Below, piece after piece: positions 50,086-63,810 of a stretch of 64,000 bases of DNA. The stretch's first letter is position 1. Every line of letters starts with the position of its first letter. Below the pieces are notes generated by a model. That model was given only the letters and a program-made list of their open reading frames with translations, had not been told where the DNA came from and ran no database searches. The translations under genes were made by a program, and so were the position numbers. The DNA is taken from NCBI RefSeq assembly GCF_006345805.1, contig NC_043011.1, positions 37,894,464 through 37,958,463 on the forward strand. Reading direction: 5' to 3'. Source of the DNA: Octopus sinensis (Eukaryota).

Positions 50086-51338
50086 CCCCTGCTAATATAT
50101 ATATATATATATACGCATATATATGTATGTACATATTTATGTCTCAATGCATGGGTGGATAGATGAACGGATGTATGGATGGTCAGAGGGATTAAAGGAC
50201 TGATGTATGGATAGATCGATTGCTGCATCCATACGAAACAGGGCAAATGCATAGAAAACATATTAGTTGGTGTAAAAATAAATCAATATATATTTATCAG
50301 CTGTCAACACAATAAACATTCACACTTTTTATCGTTTTTCGCAATAACAGCAATTTACTAAAATAGGCGCAAATATACAGAATAATGAACAGCGACCGCT
50401 ATGTGAGAACCAAGTCACGAAATATGATGGTTAAATTAGAGTATGGAAGGATTTGATCGCAGTAAATTCATTTATTACAGCGCGCTAATTTGTTTCACAT
50501 TCTACGAAATCAATTATATTATATATATTTAACATAGCCATACAATAGAACAACTGAATAGACGCTAACTAGGGATAGACTGATATTTACCAGTCGTCTT
50601 CAATTAGTGTGTATGAAGCGTATTTTTCTGAAAGGTATTAATGATTTAGTGACGAGAATGTTTATGGTTACAGCAAATATATGTTTTGCTAACTGAAAAT
50701 GGCGGCGTAGCCAAAAAGCTCGCTTGGTAACAATGGTTCGTCTGGCCCACTGGTCTCGTCCTGGACGACACCTTGAGCAAATATCTTCTACAATAGCCTT
50801 CGGCATGACTGAAGTCTTGTTGTGAGTGAATATCCTTAAGAGAAACCCTGGAACCTGTCCTATAACAGCACACATATTCACACACAATCATGTTTACACG
50901 CGCGCTCTTTTGTGTGTGTGTGTGTGTGTTTGTGTGTAAGTATAAATGTGATGTGTTTTGCGTTTCTGTGTTTGAATTTTCACCCACTGCTTCACAAACA
51001 ATATTGGTTTTTTACTTAATCGTAATTATATGGAATGGCAAAAGAGATCCATAGCAGAAGTGCCAGAATTTAAAATGATGTCTTCGAATAAAACCATCAT
51101 CACAGTACTCCAGCCTGGCCATAGTCCAATGAGTAAGACAAGTAAAATATAACAGATACGTTCTGGCATTAAAACATCATATAATATGATTCAACTTCAA
51201 CAGAACGTTGCACTATATTTTGAATTACTTTGCCGAGGTCGACTTTGCCTTTCATCCTTTCGCGGTCGATAAATTAAGTACCAGTTGCGTACTGGGGTCA
51301 ATCGACTAAGCCCCTCACCCAAAATTTCGGGCCTTGTG

Positions 51339-51690
51339 GTAGTAGTAGTAGTAGTAGTAGTAGTAGGAGGAGGAGGAGGAGGAGGAGGAGGAGTGGAAGG
51401 AGGAGAGATGTAATATAAAGATAAAGTAGTAGTAGTAGTAGTAGTAGTAGTAGGAGGAGGAGGAGGAGGAGTGGAAGGAGGAGAGATGTAAGATAAAGAT
51501 AAAGATAAAGTTGTAGTAGTAGTAGTAGTAGGAGGAGGAGGAGTGGAAGGAGGAGAGATGTAATATAAAGATAAAGTAGTAGTAGTTGCAGGAGGAGGAG
51601 GAGGAGGAGGAGTGGAAGAAGGAGAGATGTAAGATAAAGATAAAGATAAAGTAGTAGTAGTACTAGTAGGAGGAGGAGGAGGAGGAGGAC
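51339..51690. repeat. Higher-order compound repeat: (GTA)n-(GGA)n-GTGGAAGGAGGAGAGATGTAA..AAAGATAAA x4 plus a partial unit
   Basis: Direct reading; units alternate between TAATATAAAGATAAA and TAAGATAAAGATAAAGATAAA endings. Confidence 0.9.
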
Positions 51691-52257
51691 GACGACGACG
51701 ACGACGAAAAATACAAGAAGGAGAGGAAGAGTGGTATTGAGTATTATCTAATGAAGATTTGTCTTGTGCTTGTCATATTCCAATTCCATTAGTACGTACA
51801 TATTATTATTTTTTGTTTTTGATTTTTGTTTTACTCTTTGAATTGAGAAAAGAAGGAGAATGAAAGGAGAAACAAAGTGAGTTTGAGGAAAGTGAAATTT
51901 TAAAAGTTTGGTGGAGTGAGAGAAACGAGAAATAGGCAAGAATTACGAGAAATGGAGAACGAAAGAGATAATCGAATTAGGTAAATAAGGTCAAATATCG
52001 AATAGTTAAATATTTCATGAAAGGAAAGAAATATGTCTATTATTCTATTGATAAAACTTGTAGATTCTGATAAATATATAAAATTAATGTGAATTACGTG
52101 GTTTATCGGTAATTTGTATAAGATCAATAGAGTGATAGCTTTCAAATTGCTGTGATGGATGGGTAAGAGAAGAGTAAGTTATAGACAGGGATTAAGCTAA
52201 AGGATTGGCTCTTGATTCTATTGTTATTGTATTAGATGAAAATAATAATAATACTAA

Positions 52258-52310
<53 letters not shown>

Positions 52311-52331
52311 TAAAAAAAAAAAATAATAATA

Positions 52332-52392
<61 letters not shown>

Positions 52393-52583
52393 AAGAAGAA
52401 GAAGAATAACAGCGGCAACAACAACAACAGTAATAACAAATAAATGAATAAATAAATAAATAAGTTTTACAAAATTTTTGATGTGAAATCTTGTGTTGAA
52501 ATAGAAATTGTTATACTTGGTGATGTTAATTTTTTTGCCAATTAATCACACGCACTATTTATTTGATATTCCCTTTAGTACTA

Positions 52584-53137
52584 TTAGATTGTCCGGAAAG
52601 TTTGTGCCGATTTATAGTAGCGTACCTTTCCACTTATTTTAGAACATGGTTGAGTCCACAAAATAGGATTTGACTATACCTCCATTTAGAGCAGTCTTTT
52701 CGTGGAAGAAGATTTATGTTCCTATAACATGTGTTAATTCTGTAACCCTTTAAAGCGGAAGATAAGAAAGTTCATTTTCAGCACTAGATGCTTTGGGAAC
52801 CAGACAAACATTGCTGCATCTCAGCTGCGATGTGTTACCCCAGCCTCCATATTCACCAGATATTGCTCCTTCAGATTTCCACTTATTCAGGTCTCTGCAG
52901 AATATTCTTAATGGTAAAAAGTTCAATTCCTTGGATGAGGTAAAAAGATACCTTGATGAATTCTTTGGCATGAAACCACCTCAATTCTGCAAGACGGTAT
53001 TTTCAAGTTAAAAGAAAGATGGAGACACATTGTGCAACAAAATGTTTCATATTTGGTTGATTAAAAATGTAATCACAAATATTTATTGACTTTTTCTTTT
53101 CCTTTAAAAATCGGCATGAACTTTCCGGACGACCCAA
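52584..53137 (+). mobile_element. Internally deleted mariner (DD34D) with both TIRs
   Basis: TA TSDs at 52582-83 and 53138-39; TIRs TTAGATTGTCCGGAAAGTTTGTGCCGATTT and AAATCGGCATGAACTTTCCGGACGACCCAA; C-terminal transposase PPYSPDIAPSDFHLFRSLQN...ERWRHIVQQN. Confidence 0.92.
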
Positions 53138-53533
53138 TATTTGTATTATTTTTCGTTTATCTGTGAAGGTCCTTTCGTCCCACACACTGTAACAGCTTCA
53201 GTGATTTTGTCTTTCTCAAAACAAAATGTAATAGGCGAGATAAGTGGAGAGATATGGGATAGAAAGTTATTGAAAATTCGTGGTATGTGTGACGAAAAAT
53301 CTTTGATAAATAAATAATAAATAATAAATCTATAGGGAAGATAAAATACAAAGCGCGTTTGTCTAATTGACAAAAGATGACCATCCCCAAGTATAAAAAT
53401 AAATTAATAAATATATAAATGAAGAATTAATTATACAAAAAGAGACTGCATTATCAAAGCCATGTAGTCACAACAGAAGTTGCTGGGGAAAATATGTGGG
53501 ATCGGCTGATGAAAGGAATACTAAAAAAAGAGA

Positions 53534-54724
53534 CTGAGGCATGACAGAGGTAAATAGACAACCCATAAAACGTCGTTTTATGATTATTTTAACATTTAAA
53601 GGTTTATATATTTTTATCAATTAACATCCTTATGTTTCTATGTTTCAGGTTCTATATGTGATTGTTTAATCATGGCATATACAAAAGAAGACTTTGAGCT
53701 GTCTGAATTCAAAAGAGGCTGTACTGTCGGTCATTCTGAATGTGGACATAGCGTAAAATCGCAGAAAACCTTAGGATTCCGATTACTAGAGTTAATAGTA
53801 TGATTGTGCAATTCACCAGAGAGGGGAAGGAGTCCACATCATCTTGCCCAGATTGACCAGAGTCCTCTGACAGGACCCTTTTCTTTGCTAAATGAATTGT
53901 GAAGAATAATTTTCGTTGCAAGGCTTCTGATATTGCAAAACTATTTGATGATGATGCCCGTCCCAGAATAGTTGTCTGGTAACTCCACAAACTTAGTTAC
54001 TATGGCAGAGCAGCAAGAAAGAAGCGACTTCTTCAACCAGCCAACATCAAGAGGAGAAAAGATTTGGGACACTGTCATATTTTCTGAGGAGTACAGATTT
54101 GCTGTATTTCCTGACAGTGTTCGAGTGTGGGTCTGGAGACTATGTGATCAGAAATTTGATGTGAAAATATTGCAGCCAGCAATGAAACACAGCAGCTATT
54201 CTGTGATGGTCTGGGGAGTATTTGGGGCCATGTTTGATCAGAGCTGGCGGAGTGTGAGGGAAATATAAACTCGGATAAATATCTGTTCATATTGCAGAAA
54301 GGACTCCTTCCAATTTTCTCCAGAGTTGAAATGATTAAAGACAATTTTATTTATGGAATATGGGACTCATTATCACACGGCTAAAATTACCCAAGATCTA
54401 TTGAATGAGAATGGCATTAAAAAGCTTCTATGACCAAGCCAGTCACCAAATATGAATCCTATTGAAAACTTCTGGAACAGAAAAAGAACAGGAAAGGATC
54501 TCCAAAGCAAGATATTTTTGAGCCTACTGTATGAAACCTGTCGGGAAATTCGGCAAGAGAATATTCATCTTCAGATCAGCAACATGCCTAACAGGGTCTT
54601 TGACATGTCTACTAAATATCAAATATTCACATTATTACAATTGATAAATAATTTGAAAGTATAATTTCAGATTTAAATAAATTTTAATGATTATAAGGGA
54701 GTCTATTTACTTCTGTCATTTCTG
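53534..54724 (+). mobile_element. Decayed Tc1-type (DD34E) transposon, about 1.2 kb
   Basis: Broken ORF MAYTKEDFELSEFKRG...WDTVIFSEEYRF...VMVWG...PSQSPNMNPIENFWN. The TIR core TGACAGARGTAAATAGAC is present at both ends. Confidence 0.88.
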
Positions 54725-54978
54725 TATACATGGAATTGAGGGAAAAGAATTAACACAGTCTTCCTTTAGAATATAGATTTATAATATATTTCATATAATA
54801 TTCTACTATATCTTATCCATATCATTAGCTTATTTCATAATATTTCTATTATAAAATATCATATAATACATTATGCAAACCTTTAGACGTGAGTGATACA
54901 AAAATTCACGGAGGACTCTCTAAACAAATTTGAGTTTAGATTGAGAAAAAGAATAAAATTTAAAAAATTGCTGCCAGC

Positions 54979-55055
<77 letters not shown>

Positions 55056-55944
55056 TATATATATATGCATATATATATATATATAATGTTAAAATAAAAG
55101 AATGTGTAAAATCGAAATTTGAAGTAAGAGATTTAAAGAATATTTCAGGTAACATTGAATATGACAGGATATATGCCTTCAGCATAATTATTTTTTTCCA
55201 ATTTAATTTTACAAACAATGGATCAACTCATAATTCTGGGTGCAAATAACGAATTGGGAGTAATTAATATCCATTTGTAATTTAAGTGCATGCAAGTTGA
55301 TAGCTTAATAGATAAATACCATGGAAAATTTGAAGTTTTGGAAATGTAGGATTTAGGCATGAACTAGAAATCTAAGCTGAAATTTCGATTAAAAGATGAT
55401 GGATGATTAAAAACATTAAAGGGAAGCTAAAGATTAAATTTTAAAATTCTTTCATAAATTTTATCAAGATAGATTTCATTTTTATTAAAAGATTTTATGG
55501 TATGATGAATAGATCTGAAATTGAATCATATGATTTTTAGGAAGTGAATATAAATTTATTCGTGTTTAGATGAGTGGCTTAAAACTTACTTTTCGTCTAT
55601 ATGTTTGAAGTTAAGTGTGTGTAGGTATGTAGGAAGACAAAGGTTTCGAAATCAAATATATTTGAACAAGTCTCAAAATTTTTAAGCTGATAAAATGTAA
55701 ATGGAACAATGAAATTTTATTCAAATAAGAGTGTACTTGATACTGAAGTCGACGTTTACATGAAGGGATGGTAAAATTGTTATTGATTCACTAAAGTACT
55801 CTGATATTCAAGCGAATTGAAGTTAGGAAATATATATATATATATATATATATGCGATTATAGCAACAGAATAGGTATGAAGATAAATAATTCTACAGAT
55901 AAGTTACTGAGTTTCGTTAAGTGTCAGGTGGGTCTTTTAAAATC

Positions 55945-56335
55945 TTTTATTTGGTTGAGTCATTTGACCAAGGCCATGCTGAAGCACCGCCTTTAGACAA
56001 AGTTATCGACCCCAGGACTTGTTCTTTGTAAGCCTAAAACTTATTCAACCGGCTCTCCTTTTGCCAAACTGCTAAGTTATGGGGATATAAACACACCAGT
56101 ATCGGTTGTCAAGCGATGGTGGGGATAAAAACAGATACACACACACACACACACACATACATATATATATATGTATATACGATAGGCTTCTTTCAGTTTC
56201 GGCTACCAAATCCACTCAAAAGGCATTGGTCGGCCTGAGGCAATAGTAGAAGACACTCTCCCATTGTGCCACGTACTGAGACTGAACCTGAGACCATGTG
56301 GTTCGTAAACAAGCTACTTACCACACATCCACTCC
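55945..56335 (-). mobile_element. SINE family B, full-length
   Basis: Tail and head modules with an internal (CA)/(TA) tract. Confidence 0.85.
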
Positions 56336-57029
56336 GTTTAAATAGTAATTATGTAGGCGCGTTATTTCTAAACTATTCTCAGTGAATTTATTTGAGACTG
56401 GTATCTCTGCAAAAATTGGCCTAACTTCTCAATTATGCACAAGCTAAGGGGTCGCGTATAACTAACATTCAGTTTAATGCTTCAAAGAATTCTTCTATAT
56501 ACAGTATATTTTACGTTCGTTTTCCTCATGTAACAAATATATTGAGAACGTTGTGCATAACACATCTCTTCAATCTGTGATTTGAAATCTGTAGGTGTAG
56601 TTGTTAAAGCGTACATTAAAGGTTGCAGAAGTTAGTCTTATATAAGAAAATTATTAGTTTTTACTTTTAATCTATCAATTACTTATTCCTCTTGATATTT
56701 AAAACTTAGACGCAAAGGTTACGACTGTTATCAACCATAAATTTTATGCGTTTAAGGTTAAGATTCCCGAAAATCTGCTCAATGAACTCGCACATGTCAG
56801 GAGAGGTTAGTGGTTTGGAATGATAGAATAAGAAAATTTAATGTTTTTCTTCAAAACTTTTACATAATTCTAAGATATCGCTAATTGCATGATTACGTTT
56901 CAGTTTAAATATAACTGTTCCACACACGTATACACATACACAGACACATAGCAGACACACACACCCTCATATATATTTAGATAGACAGAGAGAGGGAGAG
57001 AGAGAGAGATAGAGAGAGAGATAGGTAGG

Positions 57030-57074
<45 letters not shown>

Positions 57075-57075
<1 letters not shown>

Positions 57076-57130
57076 TACGTATGTGGGTAGCAACAGATAC
57101 GTTTGTGGGTAGCAACAGATACGTTTGTGG
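57075..57130. repeat. 22-bp tandem repeat, about 2.5 copies
   Basis: ATACGTTTGTGGGTAGCAACAG repeated. Confidence 0.9.
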
Positions 57131-57459
57131 TGTAAGTATATAAATATATGTATGTATATATATATATATATGTGTGTGTGTGCGTGTTAGTATGTATGTA
57201 TATACATGCGGTGTGTGTCAAAATGCATGTATTCCAACTTATTATCAAAACGAGATACTCTGCCATATTGTTGTTATTTGTGTTTGAGTGCAAAGAATTT
57301 TCTTCCCAAACACATATTTCTGAGTTCAGTCCTACTGCGCGGTACCTTGGGCAGGTATGTTCTACTATAGCCTCCGGCCGACCAGAGGCTTGTGAGTGGG
57401 TTTTGTAGAAAGAAACCGGAAGAAGGCCGTCGTGTATGTATATTAAAATAGTGTACAAT

Positions 57460-57847
57460 TGGAATGGAATGGAAGCACTCCGTCGGTTACGACGACGAGG
57501 GTTCCGGTTGATCCGATCAACGGAACAGCCTGCTCGTGAAATTAACGTGTAAGTGGCTGAGCACTCCACAGACACGTGTACCCTTAACGTAGTTCTCGGG
57601 GATATTCAGCGTGACACAGCGAATGACAAGGCCGGCCCTTTGAAATACAGGTACAACAGAAACAGGAAGTAAGAGAAAGTTGTGGTGAAAGAGTACAGCA
57701 GGGATCACCACCATCCCTGCCTGAGCCTCGTGGAGCTTTAGGTGTTTTCGCTCAATAAACACTCACAACGCCCGGTCTGGGAATCGAAACCGCGATCCTA
57801 CGACCGCGTGTCCGCTGCCCTAACCACTGGGCCAATGTGCCTCCACA
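57460..57847 (-). mobile_element. SINE family C, full-length, tail ending in (TTCCA)n
   Basis: Minus head TGGCCCAGTGGTTAGGGCAGCGGAC...GGTTTCGATTCCCAGACC (A- and B-box-like); tail ...GTAACCGACGGAGTGCTTCCATTCCATTCCA. Confidence 0.9.
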
Positions 57848-58029
57848 GTGTACAGTTAAACACAAAAGATATTACCCTTTAACAGGTAATTTTACGCGCT
57901 AGAAGAAACAGCCAACACGGTCAAAACCACGATTTAATAGCAATTTTCGAAGGAAATGTGTTGGCTGCTTCTTCTAGCATGTAACATTACCTGTTAAAGG
58001 GTATTTTCTTTTGTGTTTAAATGTACACT
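57847..58029. mobile_element. MITE with about 72-bp TIRs
   Basis: AGTGTACA.TTAAACACAAAAGA...TACCCTTTAACAGGTAAT...CTAGAAGAA.CAGCCAACAC mirrored at 57958-58029. Confidence 0.85.
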
Positions 58030-58142
58030 ACTTTGAAATTTGAATAAGTTGTCTATTGGCTATTTATACATGCTAGGCCACTGGTGGTGATATAACGAAT
58101 ATTCGCTACCCTATATATGATTATATATATACATACATACAT

Positions 58143-58227
<85 letters not shown>

Positions 58228-58249
58228 CATACATATATATCTAGTGAGA

Positions 58250-58410
58250 ATTTACAAAATAGCAAAAGGCGAAGACGGGTGTATAAACAACAAACAGCTG
58301 TAATTCTTTAACTGCCCGGGAAGTGAGGAAGTCCTTTACGTTTCGAGCCAACGCTCTTCCATAGAAAGGAACACTGAAATAAACAGGCAGAGAAAATAGA
58401 AAAAGGTTTA
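58250..58410 (-). mobile_element. Penelope-like repeat end with decayed minimal hammerhead (58332-58370)
   Basis: Minus: TCCTTT-CTATGGA-A-GAGC-GTTG-GCTC-GAA-ACGT-AAAGGA. Stems are intact but the core is mutated. Confidence 0.5.
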
Positions 58411-58419
58411 GTGGCTAAT

Positions 58420-58680
58420 GGCATAATATATATATATATATATATATGTATACATTTGTGTGTGCGTATCTGTGTTTGTCGCCGCCATCGCTTGAAAGCC
58501 GATGCTGGTGTGTTTATGTCCCCGAAATATAGCGGATCGGCAAAAGTGACCTATAGAATAAGTACCAGGCTTAGAAAGAATAAATCCTGGGCGCGATTTC
58601 TTCGTCTAACACCCTTTAAGGTGGTGCGGCATCATGGCCGCAGTCTAAGGACTGAAACAAGTAAAAGAATAAAGTAAAAA
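58420..58680 (+). mobile_element. SINE family B, 3' half
   Basis: GATGCTGGTGTGTTTATGTCCCCG...CATGGCCGCAGTC...GACTGAAACAAGTAAAAG. Confidence 0.8.
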
Positions 58681-58844
58681 TATAAGAATCTTTAGCAGGG
58701 AAAATTCCTCCTGTCTACAGTTCTTCGATGGCAGCTTCCATTTTAAAGTTCGTTTCTTTTATGGATCTGGTCCATTTCATTTACGCCTGATTAAGTGATA
58801 AGCGGAGATATTAAAATAAAATGATATAATAATATAATAAACTG

Positions 58845-59620
58845 ATTCTGTCGAGGTCGACTTTGCCGTTCATCCTTTCGGGTGAATTAAGTACCAGTTG
58901 ATAAATTAAGTACCTGTTGCGTACTGCGGTCGATCTAATCGACTGGCCACCTCCGCAAAAATTTCTAGCCTTGTGTCTAGAGTAGAAAAGAATATTTTTC
59001 TTATGCAAAGGCGGCGGGCTGGCAGAAACATTAGCACGCCGAGCAAAATGCGTAGCCGTATTTCGTCTGCCGTTACGTTCTGAGTTCAAATTCCGCCGAG
59101 GTCGACTAAGCCTTTCATCCGTTCGGTGTCGATTAAATAAGTACCAGTTACGCACAGTTGGTCGATATAATCGAGTTAATATGTTTGACTGTCCTTGTTT
59201 GTCCTCTCTCAGTTTAGCCCCTTGTGGACAATAAAGAAATAAGAAACGTTATCACGCCGAGCAAAATGGCTAGCGGTATTTCGTCTGCGGTTACGTTCTG
59301 AGTTCAAATTCCGCCGAGGTCGACTTTGCCTTTCATCCTTTCGGGGTCGATTAAATAAGTACCAGTTGCACACTGGGGTCGATATAATCGACTTAATCCG
59401 TTTGTCTGTCCTTGTTTGTCCTCTCTATGTTTAGCTCCTTGTGGATAGTAAAGAAATTGGTATTTCGTCTTAAGTTATGTGTTGAAATTCCGCCGTGGTC
59501 GACTTTGCCTTTCTTCATTTAGGGGTGGAAACTAAGCACCAGTCGCGTACTGGGGTCGATCTACTCGACTGGCGCCCTCCCCCAATATGCCGAATCTTGC
59601 GTCTAGAGTAGAAAAGGTTA
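58845..59620 (+). mobile_element. SINE family A cluster: a monomer followed by a trimeric copy
   Basis: Four core units read directly. Confidence 0.9.
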
Positions 59621-59932
59621 TTCTAAGTATCATAGTGACTCGGTTAAGTAAATTGCACGTGTAAATCTGATCCACATAGATATATACAGATTACATACAT
59701 ACTCAGTTACATACATATAGATATTCATACACATACACACGTAGATATATATATATATATGTATATGTGTGTGTGTGTGTTTATGTGTGTGTGTGTGTTT
59801 GCGCGCGTGTGTGTGTGTACAGTAATCCTTCGCCATATTGCAGTTTATTATTTAAGCTTACGTCGATTCATCCGTGGTGTTGTTCTGCATTTGTAATAAT
59901 GTAGATATAAGACAAATTATAAAAATAATAAT

Positions 59933-60325
59933 CTTTTCCACTCTAGACACAAGACCCGAAATGTTTGGTGAGGGGGCCAGTCAATTAGAGCAACCAAAGT
60001 ACGCAACTAGTACTTAATTTATCGACCCCGAAAGGATGAAAGGCAAAGTCGACCTTGGCGGAATTTGAACTCAGTACTTAGCGACAGTCGAAATACTTAT
60101 TTCTTTACTACCCACAAGGGGCTAAACACAGAGACGACAAACAAGGACGGACAAACGTATTAAGTCGATCATATCGACCCCAGTGCGTAACTGGTACTTA
60201 TTTAATCGACCCAGAAAGGATGAAAGGCAAAGTCGACCTCGGCGGAATTTGAACTCAGGATTGCAGACGAAATACTGTTAAACATTTCGCCCGGCATACT
60301 AATGTTTCTGCCAGCTCGCCGCCTA
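59933..60325 (-). mobile_element. SINE family A, dimeric copy
   Basis: Same modules on the minus strand, converging on the cluster at 58845-59620. Confidence 0.9.
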
Positions 60326-60516
<191 letters not shown>

Positions 60517-61218
60517 ATAGAGAGAGAGAGGAGAGAGAGAGAGAGAGATAATAATAATAATAATATATGATAATAATATACAGTATATATTTTGGGCCTT
60601 GTGCCTAGAGTAGAAAAGAATATCATAAACTCATATCAGTTTAATTCCAAAGGTCAGTTAGTACATTAGCCTAAAATACTCTCCTCATCATACACACTTC
60701 TACCAATTCGAGAAAATGCCCCCATTTTTCTGCTCTTTACATTTCTGTTTCAAGTAATATCAGCTTTTTCCTATCCAGCTGCTAACATTTCCTGCACACT
60801 TGCCTATATATTCTGAACAGCGGATCACCAATACTTCACTCGGTATCCATTCAAATAATCGGAATTGTGAAATGCGAGTAAGAAAATGCCTAGTGCCATC
60901 TGCTGTAATCATAAGTAGCACTTAATTTCGGCATTCACTGCTGTTTTAAACTTCTTCTCTCGCCATATATACTGTGTTTGTGTGTGGTGTGATATGTGTG
61001 TGTGATATGTGCGTGTATGTGTGCATATTTTTGTGTGTGTGTGTTTATATTATTACCATTCACCTACGAGAAGCTTCTCTCGCCGATTCTGCATAGAATA
61101 TTTTGTTACTCTCCATTGCATTAGGTGTGAAAACACTCAACTCCTTTTCTCTTTATGTACATATTCACCAATATTTATAAGTATGCATAATATATATATA
61201 TATATGTGTGTGTGTATA

Positions 61219-61269
<51 letters not shown>

Positions 61270-61657
61270 GGAGAGAGAGTGTGAGAGAGAGAGATTGATA
61301 GAGACATACAAACATAGGGAGATACACAGAGGGAGAGAGAGACAGAGAGAGGTACCAAGCTACTTAGGTAGTTAGATACATTCATACATGCATACGTTTA
61401 TATACATAAATACATAAAAATACGTACGTAAATATAAACATACGCTAACGCGTGTGCTGAAATGTGCGTGCATGTTTTGATGTATGCATGCGTGTGCATT
61501 TATGTGTGACTCGTGTATGATGTTCATTCATATCTATTGTATCTATTTATGTCTAGCGGCATATAGTTGCATGTCTTTCTATTATTATTTACCTGTTTGA
61601 TTCTCTGTCTATGCATTTATCTGACTATCTATCCATCTGTCTACACACATATCTATA

Positions 61658-61738
<81 letters not shown>

Positions 61739-62989
61739 GTGTGTGTGTGTATATATATATATATTTATATATATATATATATGTATGTATGTATATGTAT
61801 ATACAATTGTATACATACATATACCTATTTTTCGATCAATCTACCTTCCTATTTAACTATCTATTTATCAATCTATTTATCATTCCTCTATCAATCTATC
61901 TATCTTCCTATATATCTATTTTTCCCTCTATCTATAACTCGATATATCAATCTATCCAGTTATCTATATTACTACGTATCAATCTAATTATTTATCAATC
62001 TATTTATATCTATCTATCTATCTATCTTTGTATCTACCTATCTATCCCTCTATCTATAAATCTATCTGTCTATTTATCTCCGTATCTGTCTATTCATTTA
62101 TCTATCAACTTATCTATCTCTCAATGTTTCACTCTGTCATGGTGTGTGTATACACTTATATAAGGAGAAACATTTTTATTGCTGAAGATTTCTTTCCTTG
62201 GAGACATAAAATTCATATGAAACTGATATATTAAACAATACCCAATAAAATAAGCCAAAATTTTCAAAGGAGAAGAATCCAACAATGGACGATGAAAGAA
62301 TCGTTGTAAATGGAATTCAAGGTACATTGATTTCGATCAAGATTTATGGAATTTGATTTTAATTCTAAGCATCCAACTGAAGACATAATTTATTTATTAT
62401 TTTTGTAATTTTTTCATATATATGTTTGTGCGTGTGCGCGTTTGAGTACCTTTGTTTGTTTGTGTACGTGTGTGTCTGTGTGTGTGTGTGTCTGTGTGAA
62501 TTTGAGCGTCCATAAAGCATCCAGATATTAAATACAAAAGACTGAAAAACAAATGGCACAAACAGACACATACATACATACATATGTACGTACGTATAGG
62601 GACCTACACATAAATATACATGGCCCCATACTTGCACACACGTGTATGCATACGTTCATATACACACACACACACACAATCATAAACACATACGTACATA
62701 AAAACATGCATAGAGATGCATACGTACATATGAAATATGTGCATTGTTGCATTAAGCGAAAACAAACCTAGCAGTCACACACAAAGACACATACACAAAA
62801 AGACACACATACACGCACACACACAAACACATACTCGAACATAGAAATCTTCGTATACATTACATAGAGTAATTGTTGAATACGCAAATTTACTCTATTT
62901 TTAAAGATGAGCAAATAAATATTTCATCGTCACAAACAAGAGACTGTCATCTTTAACATTCATCCTCATCTTCTTCAACGTAAACAATG

Positions 62990-63550
62990 CGTAAACGCTA
63001 ACACTGCTACTGCCGATGATGATGATGATGAGGAGGAGGAGGAGGAGGAGGATAAGGAGGAGGAGGTGGAGGATGGTGATGATGATGACGACAACGGCAA
63101 CGACGACGACGTTCAGGTGGAGGACGACGACGACGATGAAGATGATGATGATAAGGATGATGACGACGACGACGACGATGATGGTGACTAAGATGATGAT
63201 GATAAGGAGGAGGATGACCACGATGATAATGATGGTAACTAAGATAATGATGAGGCGGAAGGGGATGACCACGATGATAATGAGGATGGTGAGGTGGAAC
63301 AGGAAGGAATTGTGATGAAATTCATGAGTACCCATGATGAGGGATATGACGACGACGACGACGACAACGACGACGATGATGATGATGAGGATGATGATGA
63401 GGATAAGAAGGAGGAGGAGGAATAGGTGGACGACGATAATAGCAACAACGAAGATGACATTGATGAAAATGGCGACGACAGTGAAGAGGTTGGCATTGAT
63501 GACAGCGACAACGATAGTGATGATGAAGATGATGATAATGATGATGGTAG

Positions 63551-63596
<46 letters not shown>

Positions 63597-63722
63597 AATG
63601 GCGATGATGATGATGATGGCGATGATGATGATGATGAAGATGATGATGATGATGATAACAGTGACAACGCCGACTACGACGACGACGATGACGAGAACGA
63701 CGTTGATGAATATCGTATCTCT
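62990..63722. repeat. Phase-locked (GAT/GAC/GAG) triplet mosaic
   Basis: Direct reading; the Asp-rich frame contains stop codons. Confidence 0.9.
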
Positions 63723-63810
63723 AATTAGGCTGAGGAGTCGGCTGAATGAGTCGGTTGGATTGTCTTTTGACAATATCCACGTCAATTCTAAGAGAACCGT
63801 CGGGAAATGC

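Noticed and set aside
51339-51690. CRISPR-like repeat-spacer appearance
   Set aside because: The 'spacers' are microsatellites, the context is eukaryotic and there are no cas genes.
57770-57847. tRNA-Arg-like gene (also at 19430-19508 and 50010-50085)
   Set aside because: No acceptor-stem pairing, and each continues into a SINE body. These are SINE heads, not tRNA genes.
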